Source: a bacterium
GTDB lineage: Bacteria > Electryoneota > AABM5-125-24 > Hatepunaeales > Hatepunaeaceae
Assembly (NCBI GenBank): GCA_013202285.1
Contig: JABMRV010000113.1
Span: 1 to 45,219 of the forward strand
Reading direction: 5' to 3'
Length of the DNA: 45,219 bases
Both the position numbers and the translations under genes were made by a program. Shown piece by piece: positions 8,810 to 19,500 of this stretch. The notes under the pieces are model-generated. The model saw nothing but the letters and a program-made list of their open reading frames with translations, was not told the origin of the DNA and did not search any database. Within the stretch, counting starts at the first letter, position 1. The number at the start of each line of letters is the position of its first letter.

Positions 8810-8860
8810 AAGTTGATTTGAAAGCGTTCTATACACGTTCTAAAGCCTCTCTGAAAAGTT
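8810..8860. repeat. Intergenic direct repeat, copy 3 (distal half diverged)
   Basis: AAGTTGATTTGAAAGCGTTCT (20/21 identical to the core), then TACAC...AAGCCT...CTGAAA, 276 bp from copy 2. Confidence 0.8.
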
Positions 8861-8907
8861 CACAATCGGGGGGGATTGGTCAAGCTTACATACTTAACAG
8901 CATTCAC

Positions 8908-11900
8908 TTACGGCTGAGCCGGTTGAGGTACATTGACAGTGAAACTGCGCGGTACATTATCGCTGTTCGATCCCCACATCACCGCACCCTGCTTGTCGGC
9001 GGCGGACAGTTTCCAGAACAGCTTACCGCCGGTGCCTATGACATCCTCGGGAACTGTGAATTCGGTTCCCTTTATATCGCGGAAAGTGCCCAGTCCGGTT
9101 GTAAAACTGGCATCGGAGGCAATAACCACAGTGTACGTAACCTCGTCGCCGGGATCGACGTCTTTCGCCTCAGTCCAGCTCAGCTTGACACTCTTGCCGT
9201 CGATCTGTGCTCCATCGGCAGGAGATGAAATTTCAAAGGCTTGCGGAGCATCATTTTGGATGTTGTGAATGAAGCTTGCCGGTGATGAAAAGACCGATTC
9301 AGCGCCTTCGTCATCGACCGCACTGACGCGCCAGTACCATACCTGGTTGTCACCTAAACCGTCGGGTGCGGTGGTTGTTACTCCGGCTCCGGTACTCAGA
9401 CCTATCACTTCATTCGCAGGAGAGAACGACCTGCTTCGTGAAATCTGTATCCTGTATGTCAGTTCATCCGACGGGTCAAACGGGTCGGGGTCGTTTGCAG
9501 CCTCCCATTTGAGGGTAACCGAAGTTACCTGTTCGTTATCGGACGGTTCAAGCAGATTTTCTATCTTATCTGGCGGGTCGTTCCGCGAGTTAAATGTAAA
9601 GCTGCGTACTTCTGCCGATGGGAGTCCTGTCGAACCATCATCATCAACCGCTTTCACCCGCCAGAACCAGGTCGTGTTGTCTTCGATATTGGTCGGCGAG
9701 GCTGTTGTTACGCTGGGTTGTGTTCTTAGCTCGACTATTTTTCCGCTGAAAGCCCTGTCTCTTGAGAATTCAACCAAGTAGGAAAGTTTATCAGGTGTGT
9801 CGGTTAAATCCAGATCCTCAGCGGGACTCCAGGCGAGCTTGACGGATGTTATTTCCGGACCATCCTCAGGTTCGAGAAGCGCGGCAACCACGCCCGGAGG
9901 ATTATTCCCGGCGTTGTAGATAAAGCCTTTGATTCCCGACACAGGACCTTCAGCGCCGTCATCATCTACTGCCCGGATGCGCCAGAACCAGTAGCTGTCA
10001 TCCTTCAAGCCATCGACATTTATACTTATGACTCCCTGACCGGTTTTGACGGTTCTTATTTCACCGGAGAAGTCCTTCTCCATGCAGAGTTCAATGGTGT
10101 AAGACAACTTTTCAGGCGGGTCGGTAAGGTCTCTATCCGGTGCGGCTGTCCACTTAAGCTCAACTGTTGCAACCTCTTCGCCTTCAACTGGTGAGGTCAT
10201 TGCAGGAACTGTGCCGGGAGCATCGTTCTGAGTGTTGAGGATGAAGCTCGTTACCGGGGAGTATTCACCTTGGACGTTTTCGTCATCTATAGCCTGTACT
10301 CGCCAGAACCAGCGGTTGTCATCTGTCAAATCGGCAGGTTCAGCAGTAACAATTCCGGCTTCAGTTGAAACCTTGATTATTTTTCCCGTGAAGCCCTTGT
10401 CAAGGGACAACTCAACTGAATACCTGAGCGATTCAGATGTGTCGAAGACATCCCGGTCAACGGCTTTTTCCCATTTCAGTGTCACCAACCTGACTTCCTG
10501 GTCAGGCGTGGGTGAAGTCAGCGCTGGAACCGCATCAGGCGGATTGTTCGCCGCGTTGTATATGAAACCGCGAATCTCGGAGACCGTCCCCGCAGCGTCG
10601 TCATCATCGACCGCTCTGACTCGCCAGAACCACCAACTGTCGTCCTTGAGACCGGTGGGGGAGACGCCGGTGACCATCGGTTCGGTTATTATCTCGGTTA
10701 TCTCACCACTGAAATCGCGGTTGAGACAGAACTCCACTCGGTAGGCAACCGCGGCGGAGTCGGTAATATCCTTATCGGAAGCCGCTTCCCAGCTCAGTAT
10801 TACGCTTGAGATCTCCTCGCCTTCGTCCGGTTTGGTGAGCCCCGGTATCTCACCCGGCGGATCGTTCCTGGAGTTAAACATGAATCCCTTGACAGGCGAC
10901 ACGGGACCTTCAGCACCTTCATCATCGGCAGCCCTGACTCTCCAGTACCAGCGGGCGTCGTCCTTCAGACCTACCGGTGAATGAGTTGTAATCCCCTGCT
11001 CGATGTTGACAGTGGCAATATCGCTCCTGAAGACGGGATCCATTGTTATCTCCAAGGTATATGCGATCCGCTGCGGAGGATCGGATATATCAACGTCGGA
11101 AGCTTCATCCCAATCCAGTGTTATGCTCGAAACCTCGATGTCATCTGCTGGTGATAGTATTCCACTGACTGCACCGGGGTTGTCATTGACCGGATTGTAG
11201 AAGAATGTCAGTTGCTCGCTCCAGTCCGATTCAATGCCATGCTCATCTATGGACTTAACGCGCCATTTGTAAATCTGGTCGTCCTGCAGATCATCTTTCC
11301 AGGTTGTTATGGGGATCGAGGTTTCCTCTATACCCTCAGCGGATACTACATCCATCGCTTCAGGTTCGAGTTTGATGCCCACCTGGATTGTGTAAGTGAT
11401 TTTATCCGTCGGATCGGGGTCAGTGGCTTGGTTCCAGATTATCACTCCGTCACTGAGCAATTCAGCTATTTCGATAGGCGGAGCAGGTTGTGGTGTCAGT
11501 GGATCAGGTATCGACGGTCTGGTGTCGAGGGTGAAACTTTCTATGACTGAAGCGGTTTCAAGCCCGGTGTTGTCAACCGCGGTTACCCTCCAGTAGTAAG
11601 TGGTATTCTCAAGAGGATATGCTGCCGTATATGTCGGATCGGTGAGATTCTCAACGACAACTGCACCGCCAAGATCGGGCGATGTTCCGTATTCAATGCG
11701 ATAGGTGATTGATGACATGAAGTCTATATCTTCCGATGCAATCCACTTGAATTCGATAGGTCCGAGGTAGTTCAACAACTCGTTCGAGGCTGGAGTTGTC
11801 AGTTGTGCAACGGTAGGAGAATCTTCGACCACGTTCACGAGGAACGGCTGCATCGGATTCCAGTCGGATACTGCCCCGTCATCATCGCGAGTTCTAACCT

Positions 11901-14900
11901 GCCAGAACCAGAGCGTGTTATCCTTCAGAGGATCGGGGACATCGAATTCGGTAATTCCCGCTCCGGTGGCGTATTCGAGCTTTGAATCCTTCTCAAACTC
12001 TTCATCGTAGTCAAGCCTGATGTCATAGACCAGTTTTTCGGGAGGATCAGTCAGGTCGATGTCCGAAGCAGCGTTCCAGTCGAGGCTTGGATTCCGGTTT
12101 CGTATTACACTGCTATCGATCGGTGCGAAAGGTCCTGCAGGTGAACCCGGTGCATCGTTTTCCCTGTTGAAACGGAAGATCACTGGTTCGCTGTAAGCGC
12201 CGTCGTAGCCATGATTATCCGTAGCGTGCACGCGGAAATAGTAATCATGATCGTCGTCAAGTTCCTCCTGTCCCGTTAGCGAACCGACGGCTGCGGTCAT
12301 GATACCTTCGGAATGCGGAAGCTCTTCCACATGAACCAGCGGGGAAGCGAATGATCTGTCCGGAGCGAGTTCAACTGTGTAAGTAAGTATATCGACCGGG
12401 TTGGGATCTGTTGCTCCGGTGAATTGCAGTGGATCGTCCGGCATCAGTTCTTCGGGCATCGGTGCGGCTGCAGGTACGGTCGGAGTGGTGTTGGTGCGGA
12501 AGCTGAATCCGGACTGAACGACAGTCTCAAGACCGGTGTTGTCAACTGCAGTGACACTCCACCGGTAGCCCAGTTCGTTCGTCAGACCTTCTTTGAAGTT
12601 GAAAAAGGTTTTCGCTGTTTTGGCGGTGAATTTCTCACCCTCATCAGGAGACAACTCAACCCTGTAGATAATGGACGATTCCCAGTCGGGATCGCTGCTG
12701 GAAGCCCAGTTGAACTTTAGAGAATCAAGTTCAACTATAAGGGAATCCTGCCGTGGGAACTGGAGCGAGAATGGTGTCGGATTATCTTCAGCGTAGTTGA
12801 CGAGTACGCTGTCAACTGTATTCCAATCGGACACTGCCTCTTCGTTGTCTCGGGTGCGGATGCGATAGTACCAGAGCAGATTGTCGTCAAGTGGAGCGAC
12901 CAGTTCGGTTCGCCCGGCTTGTGAGGTGAAAGTTCTCACTTCCCCGGTTTCAAATTCACCGAGTGTACACTGGAGATCGTAAACCAGTGTAGAGGCGGGG
13001 TCCGAGAGATCGGGATCGGAACTCTCCGTCCATCTGAACATAATGTCGGTCGTACCCATCACTGTGTCCGGAGGTGCCGTTATCGCATCGACTGCTGCGG
13101 GAGGATCATTATAGCGATTGTAGAAGAAGGAACCCTGAAGGCTGAATTCACTTGCTGCCGTGTGATTGTCCCGTGATCGGACTCGCCAGTAATAAACATG
13201 ATTATCGACAAGCGCTTCCCATCGATTCAAGCTTTCAACCGGTATAGCTATTTCCGTCCATTTTGTTATTTCAGCAGTTACTTCTACGAGTTGATCCGTT
13301 TGGTAGATCTCCACCTCGTAAAAGATCAGGTCGTCCGGATTGGGATCGCTGCTGCTTTCCCATGTTAAAAGATCGGGCGGCATCCTCTCCTCACCCGCCA
13401 TCGGAGCATCTGGAACCGGTATCGAGGGAGTGGTATCGACATAGAAATTTCCAACTGAAGACGAAACAGTTGTTCGTTCTGTGTTATCGGTTGCAATTAT
13501 TCGCCAGAAGTACTCAGTAGCATTGTCGAGGGAATCGGGGAGTGTGAAGCTCGTCGGTTCAAGGTCTGTATAAACTCTGGCATCACTGAAGGTGATTGTT
13601 TTGTCAATCTCCACTGTATAGCGTACATAAGACAGCGGATCGGGATCGATGGCGGTTTCCCATTCGATGGTGGGATGCAGGAGATAAATATCGGCTCTCT
13701 CAAGGGGATATTTCAGGTTAAACGGATCGGCGGGTTCTTCGATTGAGTTTGTCCAGAACCGGCGAAAATCGCTCCAGGGACCTTCTTCGAGCGGATCTGA
13801 AGCCTTGACGCGGAAATTATAACCGGCGTTTTCAACGAGGCTGTTCGCTATTAACAAGCTCACCTGAACGGGTGGCGCAGGTGTTCCTGCCTGCGGATCC
13901 GCTGCTGAACAGGAGGGGAGTACACCACCCTGACTGCCGACCATTTTCTCATCTTCGAGGGTGTAAACCTCAAAGCGATAGGTTAGCGAATCATCTTCTC
14001 CGTCCTGTGAAACCAGCGCGAATAACTCCGGCGTGAGCGTGGGAACGAGTTCATCGGCAGCCGGTCTATCGGGTTGTGGCACTGTCGGAAGACTGTTCAA
14101 TCGAATGAGCAGGTCGACGGTATCGCTCCAGAAACGATCATTGTTGACGTTCAACTGGGTAATGTAGCTCCTGCCGTCTTCAAGCTGAGTACCTGTGTAT
14201 ATGACCGTCTTTACTTCCGTTTGCACCTCACCCGTGTCCCATATAGGGCTGCCGGTAATCTGTCCGTCGATTGCAGAGAAAACCTTGAGTTTATAACTCA
14301 TTTGCGGTTCTTCGATAACGTCGAAGTATCTCCAGGTGAAAACAGGCACGTGGTCTATAAGGTGAAGGAGATCCGCTGGACCGGTATTATCGACGGTCAG
14401 ATCCTCCGCAAGCGGTTTTGGCGACATGGTGCGATAACGAGCTACAACATCGGGTGCAGACGGTGCAAATATCTCGACGTGACCTCCCTCGTAATCGCTG
14501 ATGGCATATTTTTCCTGATCGGTTACCTCTGCAACTCGCCCCCTGCCAATCCAGACGCCGCTGTTTTCAGCGGTCTCGCGCAGCGACATCACGATGCCGT
14601 CAGGATCGTATTCCGATGTGATCCTAACCCGGACGACATCACGAAAATAAGGATTTGAATCCAAGCCGTTGAGGCGAATCCTGAGAGGCGCTCCTTCGGC
14701 AACACCGCGCGGTATCTCGTCATAATAATAGTCGTTACGACAGAGAATTATTGAATCAACGCTGGCGGGATTAGTAGGATGCTGGGTAGGAGGCGCCCAG
14801 TAGTAAGGATCATGGTAGATGTGATGTTCTGCAGCATCGACCCGACTGTCGCGGATGATGTCTGAGAAGGAGAAACTGTTGGGATCTCCCCAGAAGTTGT

Positions 14901-16026
14901 CGGTTGCGTCGATATCCTTGTTGACATTCTGAACCCAGATCTCAACACCCGTAGATTCAAACGTATCAAAGATATTATCCTTGATTTCAGCGTCAATTCG
15001 ATTGGATAGAAAGAGTGTGTTCGATCTCTCCGGCGATCTGTTTCCAATGAAACAATTCCCGCGAATGATCAGCTTCGGAACAAGAGATGCATAAATGGCT
15101 CCGCCATGCGCCTCAGATGAGTTTCCCAGGAAACGATTTGATAGAATATCCGCGGATGCCATCGATATGTAGATGCATCCGCCGTGATCGTCTGAACTGT
15201 TGTAAATGAATGAGTTGTTCCGGAGGACGACATGTGCATTCAGGCTGACTCCGATAGCTCCACCACGGATGGCGTGGTTTTCGGTTATCAGGCAGCCGCC
15301 GATCAACGGTTTTGCCTTGGTTGAGCAACGGATAGTGCCGGTTTCTCCCGAACAATTCCGGATGGTGGAATTAATAATGATCGGATTCGAATCGGATATT
15401 TCAATTGCTGAACCGCTTTCAACCGGACCGCCCGCGTATTCAATGATACAGAATTCAAGCAGCGATACGGTCAGGGTATCCAATTGTACCGGTTCCGCCT
15501 TCTCCTCTTTGATGATGCCTTTATACTCTTTGAAATCTCCGTCCTTAGTCTCATAGAAATATACTCCATCCTGTCTCTTATAATAATCACCGATTTTGGT
15601 ATATGTGTTACCCTGTCCATCCTCGAATATCTCAGGTTCTTTGCGAATGATCTCGTCTGCCTCTTTCACAGGTTTAGACGACCAGGAACCGCGGAAATAC
15701 AGCCCGCCCCAGGCGCCTTTAGACTGTTCACCTGCCGAAGTAAAACGGATGCTGTCTTCAGGTGTGCCGCGTGCGACGAGTTTCCCCATAATAATAATCC
15801 CTGCATCTTCAGCAAAAAGGAGTTCTACCCCCGGTTCGATGGTAACAGTGGCATATCTCCCAATGGTGATGACAGATTCCAGCGCAATCGGGCTGTCGCT
15901 TAATGTCCATGTTTCATCGGCGTCTATTCTCCCGCTCATAGTAACGGCAAATGAAACAAAGGGCATCAGTATCAGTAACATTAATGAACTGATGAGGTGT
16001 GGCTTTTGTATCATTAACATCCTCAT
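8908..16026 (-). CDS. Large exported protein: right-handed parallel beta-helix (pectin lyase-like fold) followed by ~17 fibronectin type III-like repeats
   Basis: N-terminal hydrophobic signal ending PFVSFA. Beta-helix motifs TIEPGVELLF, ARGTPEDSIRFTS...WGGLYF, repeated GGAI/GGCI..N and IDATDNFWG. About 100-aa repeats of the form LxW..A.D.D....L.Y.(V/I)E...F.......L.D...W(F/Y)WRV.A.D. No T9SS type-A CTD is visible. Confidence 0.85.
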   Translation of the reverse strand: MRMLMIQKPHLISSLMLLILMPFVSFAVTMSGRIDADETWTLSDSPIALESVITIGRYATVTIEPGVELLFAEDAGIIIMGKLVARGTPEDSIRFTSAGEQSKGAWGGLYFRGSWSSKPVKEADEIIRKEPEIFEDGQGNTYTKIGDYYKRQDGVYFYETKDGDFKEYKGIIKEEKAEPVQLDTLTVSLLEFCIIEYAGGPVESGSAIEISDSNPIIINSTIRNCSGETGTIRCSTKAKPLIGGCLITENHAIRGGAIGVSLNAHVVLRNNSFIYNSSDDHGGCIYISMASADILSNRFLGNSSEAHGGAIYASLVPKLIIRGNCFIGNRSPERSNTLFLSNRIDAEIKDNIFDTFESTGVEIWVQNVNKDIDATDNFWGDPNSFSFSDIIRDSRVDAAEHHIYHDPYYWAPPTQHPTNPASVDSIILCRNDYYYDEIPRGVAEGAPLRIRLNGLDSNPYFRDVVRVRITSEYDPDGIVMSLRETAENSGVWIGRGRVAEVTDQEKYAISDYEGGHVEIFAPSAPDVVARYRTMSPKPLAEDLTVDNTGPADLLHLIDHVPVFTWRYFDVIEEPQMSYKLKVFSAIDGQITGSPIWDTGEVQTEVKTVIYTGTQLEDGRSYITQLNVNNDRFWSDTVDLLIRLNSLPTVPQPDRPAADELVPTLTPELFALVSQDGEDDSLTYRFEVYTLEDEKMVGSQGGVLPSCSAADPQAGTPAPPVQVSLLIANSLVENAGYNFRVKASDPLEEGPWSDFRRFWTNSIEEPADPFNLKYPLERADIYLLHPTIEWETAIDPDPLSYVRYTVEIDKTITFSDARVYTDLEPTSFTLPDSLDNATEYFWRIIATDNTERTTVSSSVGNFYVDTTPSIPVPDAPMAGEERMPPDLLTWESSSDPNPDDLIFYEVEIYQTDQLVEVTAEITKWTEIAIPVESLNRWEALVDNHVYYWRVRSRDNHTAASEFSLQGSFFYNRYNDPPAAVDAITAPPDTVMGTTDIMFRWTESSDPDLSDPASTLVYDLQCTLGEFETGEVRTFTSQAGRTELVAPLDDNLLWYYRIRTRDNEEAVSDWNTVDSVLVNYAEDNPTPFSLQFPRQDSLIVELDSLKFNWASSSDPDWESSIIYRVELSPDEGEKFTAKTAKTFFNFKEGLTNELGYRWSVTAVDNTGLETVVQSGFSFRTNTTPTVPAAAPMPEELMPDDPLQFTGATDPNPVDILTYTVELAPDRSFASPLVHVEELPHSEGIMTAAVGSLTGQEELDDDHDYYFRVHATDNHGYDGAYSEPVIFRFNRENDAPGSPAGPFAPIDSSVIRNRNPSLDWNAASDIDLTDPPEKLVYDIRLDYDEEFEKDSKLEYATGAGITEFDVPDPLKDNTLWFWQVRTRDDDGAVSDWNPMQPFLVNVVEDSPTVAQLTTPASNELLNYLGPIEFKWIASEDIDFMSSITYRIEYGTSPDLGGAVVVENLTDPTYTAAYPLENTTYYWRVTAVDNTGLETASVIESFTLDTRPSIPDPLTPQPAPPIEIAELLSDGVIIWNQATDPDPTDKITYTIQVGIKLEPEAMDVVSAEGIEETSIPITTWKDDLQDDQIYKWRVKSIDEHGIESDWSEQLTFFYNPVNDNPGAVSGILSPADDIEVSSITLDWDEASDVDISDPPQRIAYTLEITMDPVFRSDIATVNIEQGITTHSPVGLKDDARWYWRVRAADDEGAEGPVSPVKGFMFNSRNDPPGEIPGLTKPDEGEEISSVILSWEAASDKDITDSAAVAYRVEFCLNRDFSGEITEIITEPMVTGVSPTGLKDDSWWFWRVRAVDDDDAAGTVSEIRGFIYNAANNPPDAVPALTSPTPDQEVRLVTLKWEKAVDRDVFDTSESLRYSVELSLDKGFTGKIIKVSTEAGIVTAEPADLTDDNRWFWRVQAIDDENVQGEYSPVTSFILNTQNDAPGTVPAMTSPVEGEEVATVELKWTAAPDRDLTDPPEKLSYTIELCMEKDFSGEIRTVKTGQGVISINVDGLKDDSYWFWRIRAVDDDGAEGPVSGIKGFIYNAGNNPPGVVAALLEPEDGPEITSVKLAWSPAEDLDLTDTPDKLSYLVEFSRDRAFSGKIVELRTQPSVTTASPTNIEDNTTWFWRVKAVDDDGSTGLPSAEVRSFTFNSRNDPPDKIENLLEPSDNEQVTSVTLKWEAANDPDPFDPSDELTYRIQISRSRSFSPANEVIGLSTGAGVTTTAPDGLGDNQVWYWRVSAVDDEGAESVFSSPASFIHNIQNDAPQAFEISSPADGAQIDGKSVKLSWTEAKDVDPGDEVTYTVVIASDASFTTGLGTFRDIKGTEFTVPEDVIGTGGKLFWKLSAADKQGAVMWGSNSDNVPRSFTVNVPQPAQP
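13871..13895. repeat. REP-like hairpin inside the coding sequence
   Basis: GGTGGCGCAGGTGTTCCTGCCTGCG, translated in the host frame as PQAGTPAPP within an extra-long loop of one Fn3-like repeat. Confidence 0.5.
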
Positions 16027-16100
16027 AGGTTTACTTGTTTGGTTGGATGAAGATCATTCTTCGGGAAGAGATGTATTGTTGCTACTCAAAATGTAAGTTA

Positions 16101-16129
16101 ATGGTAATAAGATTTAGCGGTTAACGCAA
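16101..16129 (-). promoter_or_regulatory. Putative sigma70 promoter for the 2372-aa gene
   Basis: Minus strand TTGCGT-N17-TACCAT, about 75 bp upstream of the ATG. Confidence 0.45.
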
Positions 16130-16255
16130 GTCTTTTATAATCTCACACACCGGAAGCTCTGTCTTCAGCCATGGCGGATTAAATTTTCTGCTCTTCTCCG
16201 CATTGAATGTCGGCGCTCCTCTTTAGTTCAGCAGTTCTGGTGGATTAATGACTTG

Positions 16256-16284
16256 TTGCATATACAGTGATAATTCATTAAATT
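16256..16284 (+). promoter_or_regulatory. Putative sigma70 promoter for sprA
   Basis: TTGCAT-N17-TAAATT. Confidence 0.4.
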
Positions 16285-16388
16285 ACCTTGTCTTGATATT
16301 TCTGATCCAAACTTGGGAGGCATCTTACCGGAACTTTCGTTATTGATTTCATTATAAAGCTATAGGTTAGAGGAACGAAGAAATGTTA

Positions 16389-16462
16389 ACCACAGAGACA
16401 CAAAGAACACAAAGTTCTATTCAAGCACTCTTTTAATCTTTGTGTCTTAGTGACTTTGTGGT
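16389..16462. repeat. Inverted repeat made of short CACA(G/A)AG subunits
   Basis: ACCACAGAGACACAAAGAACACAAAG (16389-16414) pairs imperfectly with CTTTGTGTCTTAGTGACTTTGTGGT (16438-16462). Confidence 0.7.
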
Positions 16463-16500
16463 CAGCCTCTCATAGCTTAATGTTTAATTAAATCGAAGGG

Positions 16501-19500
16501 ATGCCTTCTCCGGTGAGGAAGATATCGGGGCAAGAGTTTATTCTCTTGATCGGACTTCTGACATCGACTCTGTTGATGCTGCATGTCGGTCAAGCAGACG
16601 GTTCCATCCGTTTCAGCAGAAGCTATGCGACTGAACGGATGATCGATCCAACCCGTTTTGCCCCCAAATATGGAATGTCAAGCGTCCTCTGGGACAGTTC
16701 ACAAGCCGATACGACCATGCCTGAGGGGCTCGATACCCTTGCTGTTCCTCAGGACTCCACCCTGATCGGTGAAATCTCCCCACCAGATTCAGGTATTCAA
16801 CCTGCTGATTCCTCTCTCCCTGCCGTAAAAGAAATCCCCCTCGTAGGGGTTGAAGATCTTCAACCCCTACAAATTGGAGAAGAAGGAAAAACTCCCGAAA
16901 CGGGGAGCGCCGATATTCCTGTCGATGAATCTACAGATCAATCGACCGCTGACGGATTTCCGGGCGATGAACTTGAACCGTTTGAACGAGAAGAAAGCAA
17001 AGATGAGGAAGACCTTCCTTACCATCCAACCCTGATCTACCTGATTGACATTCCCCTTGAAGTTGAGGCAGAACTTGACACAACCACCGATTACGTTATC
17101 CTGAGCAAGCGGTTGAACGGTGTGGAGATGCCGACTACCGGCGCTCTCAGCAAAGACGTTTACCTCGAGCGATCCCTCAGAATGGCAGACCATGAGTCCT
17201 GGCGACAGTCGGTACTGCGAAAACTGCCGAGCAAAACGGAATCGAAAGGTGGTGGTTTGGTCATCGAGTTACCTATCATAAGATCGGAGCGTGCACAGAG
17301 GATATTTGGCGGTCAGAACATTGGATTGTCGGTTTCGGGTCATATAGAAGTGTCGGGTGACCTTGGAGTGGTGCAGACAGAGGAACTGCAGCAGGACAAT
17401 CCCAACCCAACTAACTACCAGTTTAATGTTAATCAGACCCAGTCATTCGTCATCAAGGGGAAGGTGGGTGAGAAGGTTGATGTGGACATCTCGCAGGATT
17501 CGGAAAGGATGTTCGACTTCGAGAACAACCTCTCAATCCGATATACCGGCGATGAAGATGAGATTCTGAAATCGTTGGAGGCGGGGAACATATCGCTCTC
17601 TCTCGGCGGCGCCAGCCTGGTTTCAAGTTCATCCAAACATAAGGGATTGTTCGGTTTCAAGACGGAGTCTCAATTCGGCGCGCTGAGGTTGACGACTGTT
17701 GCCAGCCTTGAGAAAGGGAAAAAGAACCAGTTGACCAAGGAGGGAGGCGCACAGTCCAGCGGCAGGAAGACCATCCCGCCTTATGATTACATACAAAATC
17801 GATACTTTTTCCTCCCTGGATCCGCTGTTATTGACACCCTTATTGCTGAGAACGATACCACCATTTATCATTGGAGAGATTACTATCGTAATCATTACAA
17901 AGAACGCGACAACTACCTCAATCCCTTTGCAGTTCCCCTGGATTCACAGATTGTTAAAATCGAGGTTTACCGTTCACCACCACTCACAAAGGATGTCGCC
18001 AGTTTCTATGGCTGGGCGCTTTATGATCTCAGGGACAGCACCATTGTTTCGGATCCGGACAGCATCAGACCACAAGAGCATCAGGATGGCACTTTCGAAC
18101 CGCTTCGCCAAGGATCAGATTATGAATACAATTCGCTCACAGGATATATCAGACTAAATACAACAGTTGACAATGCGATCCTCGCCGTGGCTTATAGCAT
18201 CCAGGCACTTAATTCCGATAGCATTCCTTGTACGTTCGGTCAACTGGAACCGTCGAACAGGGATACAAACTACTTCAAACTGCTGAAGCCCAAGAGTCCC
18301 CAGCCAACCGATTCTACCTGGAACCTGATGTGGCGTAACGTTTACTCGCTCAAAGGTACGAATCTATCGCGCGAAGGTTTTGAAGGACGGATAACATACC
18401 AGTCGGATGAGGATGAACAGCGTCAGGATACAGGACCGTACAAAGGTGAAGTTAAGACATTCATCGAGATATTCGGGCTCGATCATTTCGGCGCACAAGC
18501 AGGGCAGAACAGTCCCGATGGCAATATCGATGAAGCTTTCATTAATTGGGAACGAGGTGAATTGACTTTTCCCGATCTGAAACCGTTTGCACCCGAGGGG
18601 TGGTCGAAGGGTGGTCAACCGCAGAAGACGGAACTCGATTCCACGCAACTAATAAAGCATGCAGACATGTACACTAAAACCGGACGTGAACGGAGCCGGA
18701 CGGTCAGCGACTATCAGATTGAGGTTGAGTTCACCAGCATCAGCACTACTACATCGCTGGGGATTGGAGTTCTCGAGGGGTCGGTGGAGGTCTATCTTAA
18801 TGGGCAGCAATTGGCTGAAGGGATTGATTTCACTGTCGATTACATATCAGGTGAACTGACCATCCTCCGCAGTGCGGCGTTCACCGAGAATGCCGATATT
18901 GAGATCAAGTACGAAACTGCCCAACTATTCCAGCTCGATACAAAAACGCTGCTTGGTCTGCGTGCGGAGTACGAATTATGGGATGGTTCAAGTATCGGCG
19001 CAACAATGCTGCATTTGAACCAGAAGACACTCGACCGCCGAGTACGTGTCGGAGGGGAACCCATTCGAAATTCGATCTGGGGGCTTGACGCAAATATGAA
19101 TTTCAAGCCATTTTTCCTCACCAGCGCGATGGACTGGCTGCCGTTGATAGAAACAGATGAACCATCCACATTTTCAATCAAAGCAGAGGTTGCACAGGTG
19201 TTCCCTGACCCCAACAATCTTAATTCACCATCCACAGGAGATTACAACGGTGTGGCGTACATAGACGATTTCGAGTCCATCAAAAGGATTACGCCGCTTG
19301 GTATCAACCGCAAGCAGTGGTCGGCGGCGAGCTTCCCGGAGTATGACGGCAGGGGAGATGCTTTGTGGAAAAAGCGCCGCGGTAGAATGATCTGGTTCAA
19401 TCCCTGGCAACAGATAGATATTACCGAAATCTGGCCCGACAAGGAGGTTCAGGCGCAGGCGTCGAAAATACCGGTGATGGAAATCCAGTTCAAGCCCTGG

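Noticed and set aside
8282-8830. CRISPR array (the repeat contains ATTTGAAAG, similar to CRISPR repeat ends)
   Set aside because: The intervals are 252 and 276 bp and encode ORFs with RBSs. There are only three copies and no cas genes.
8280-8860. Integron attC sites or Xer dif-like sites
   Set aside because: There is no RYYYAAC...GTTRRRY pair and no integrase. TTAAGTTGATT only loosely resembles a XerD arm, and no conserved XerC arm lies beside it.
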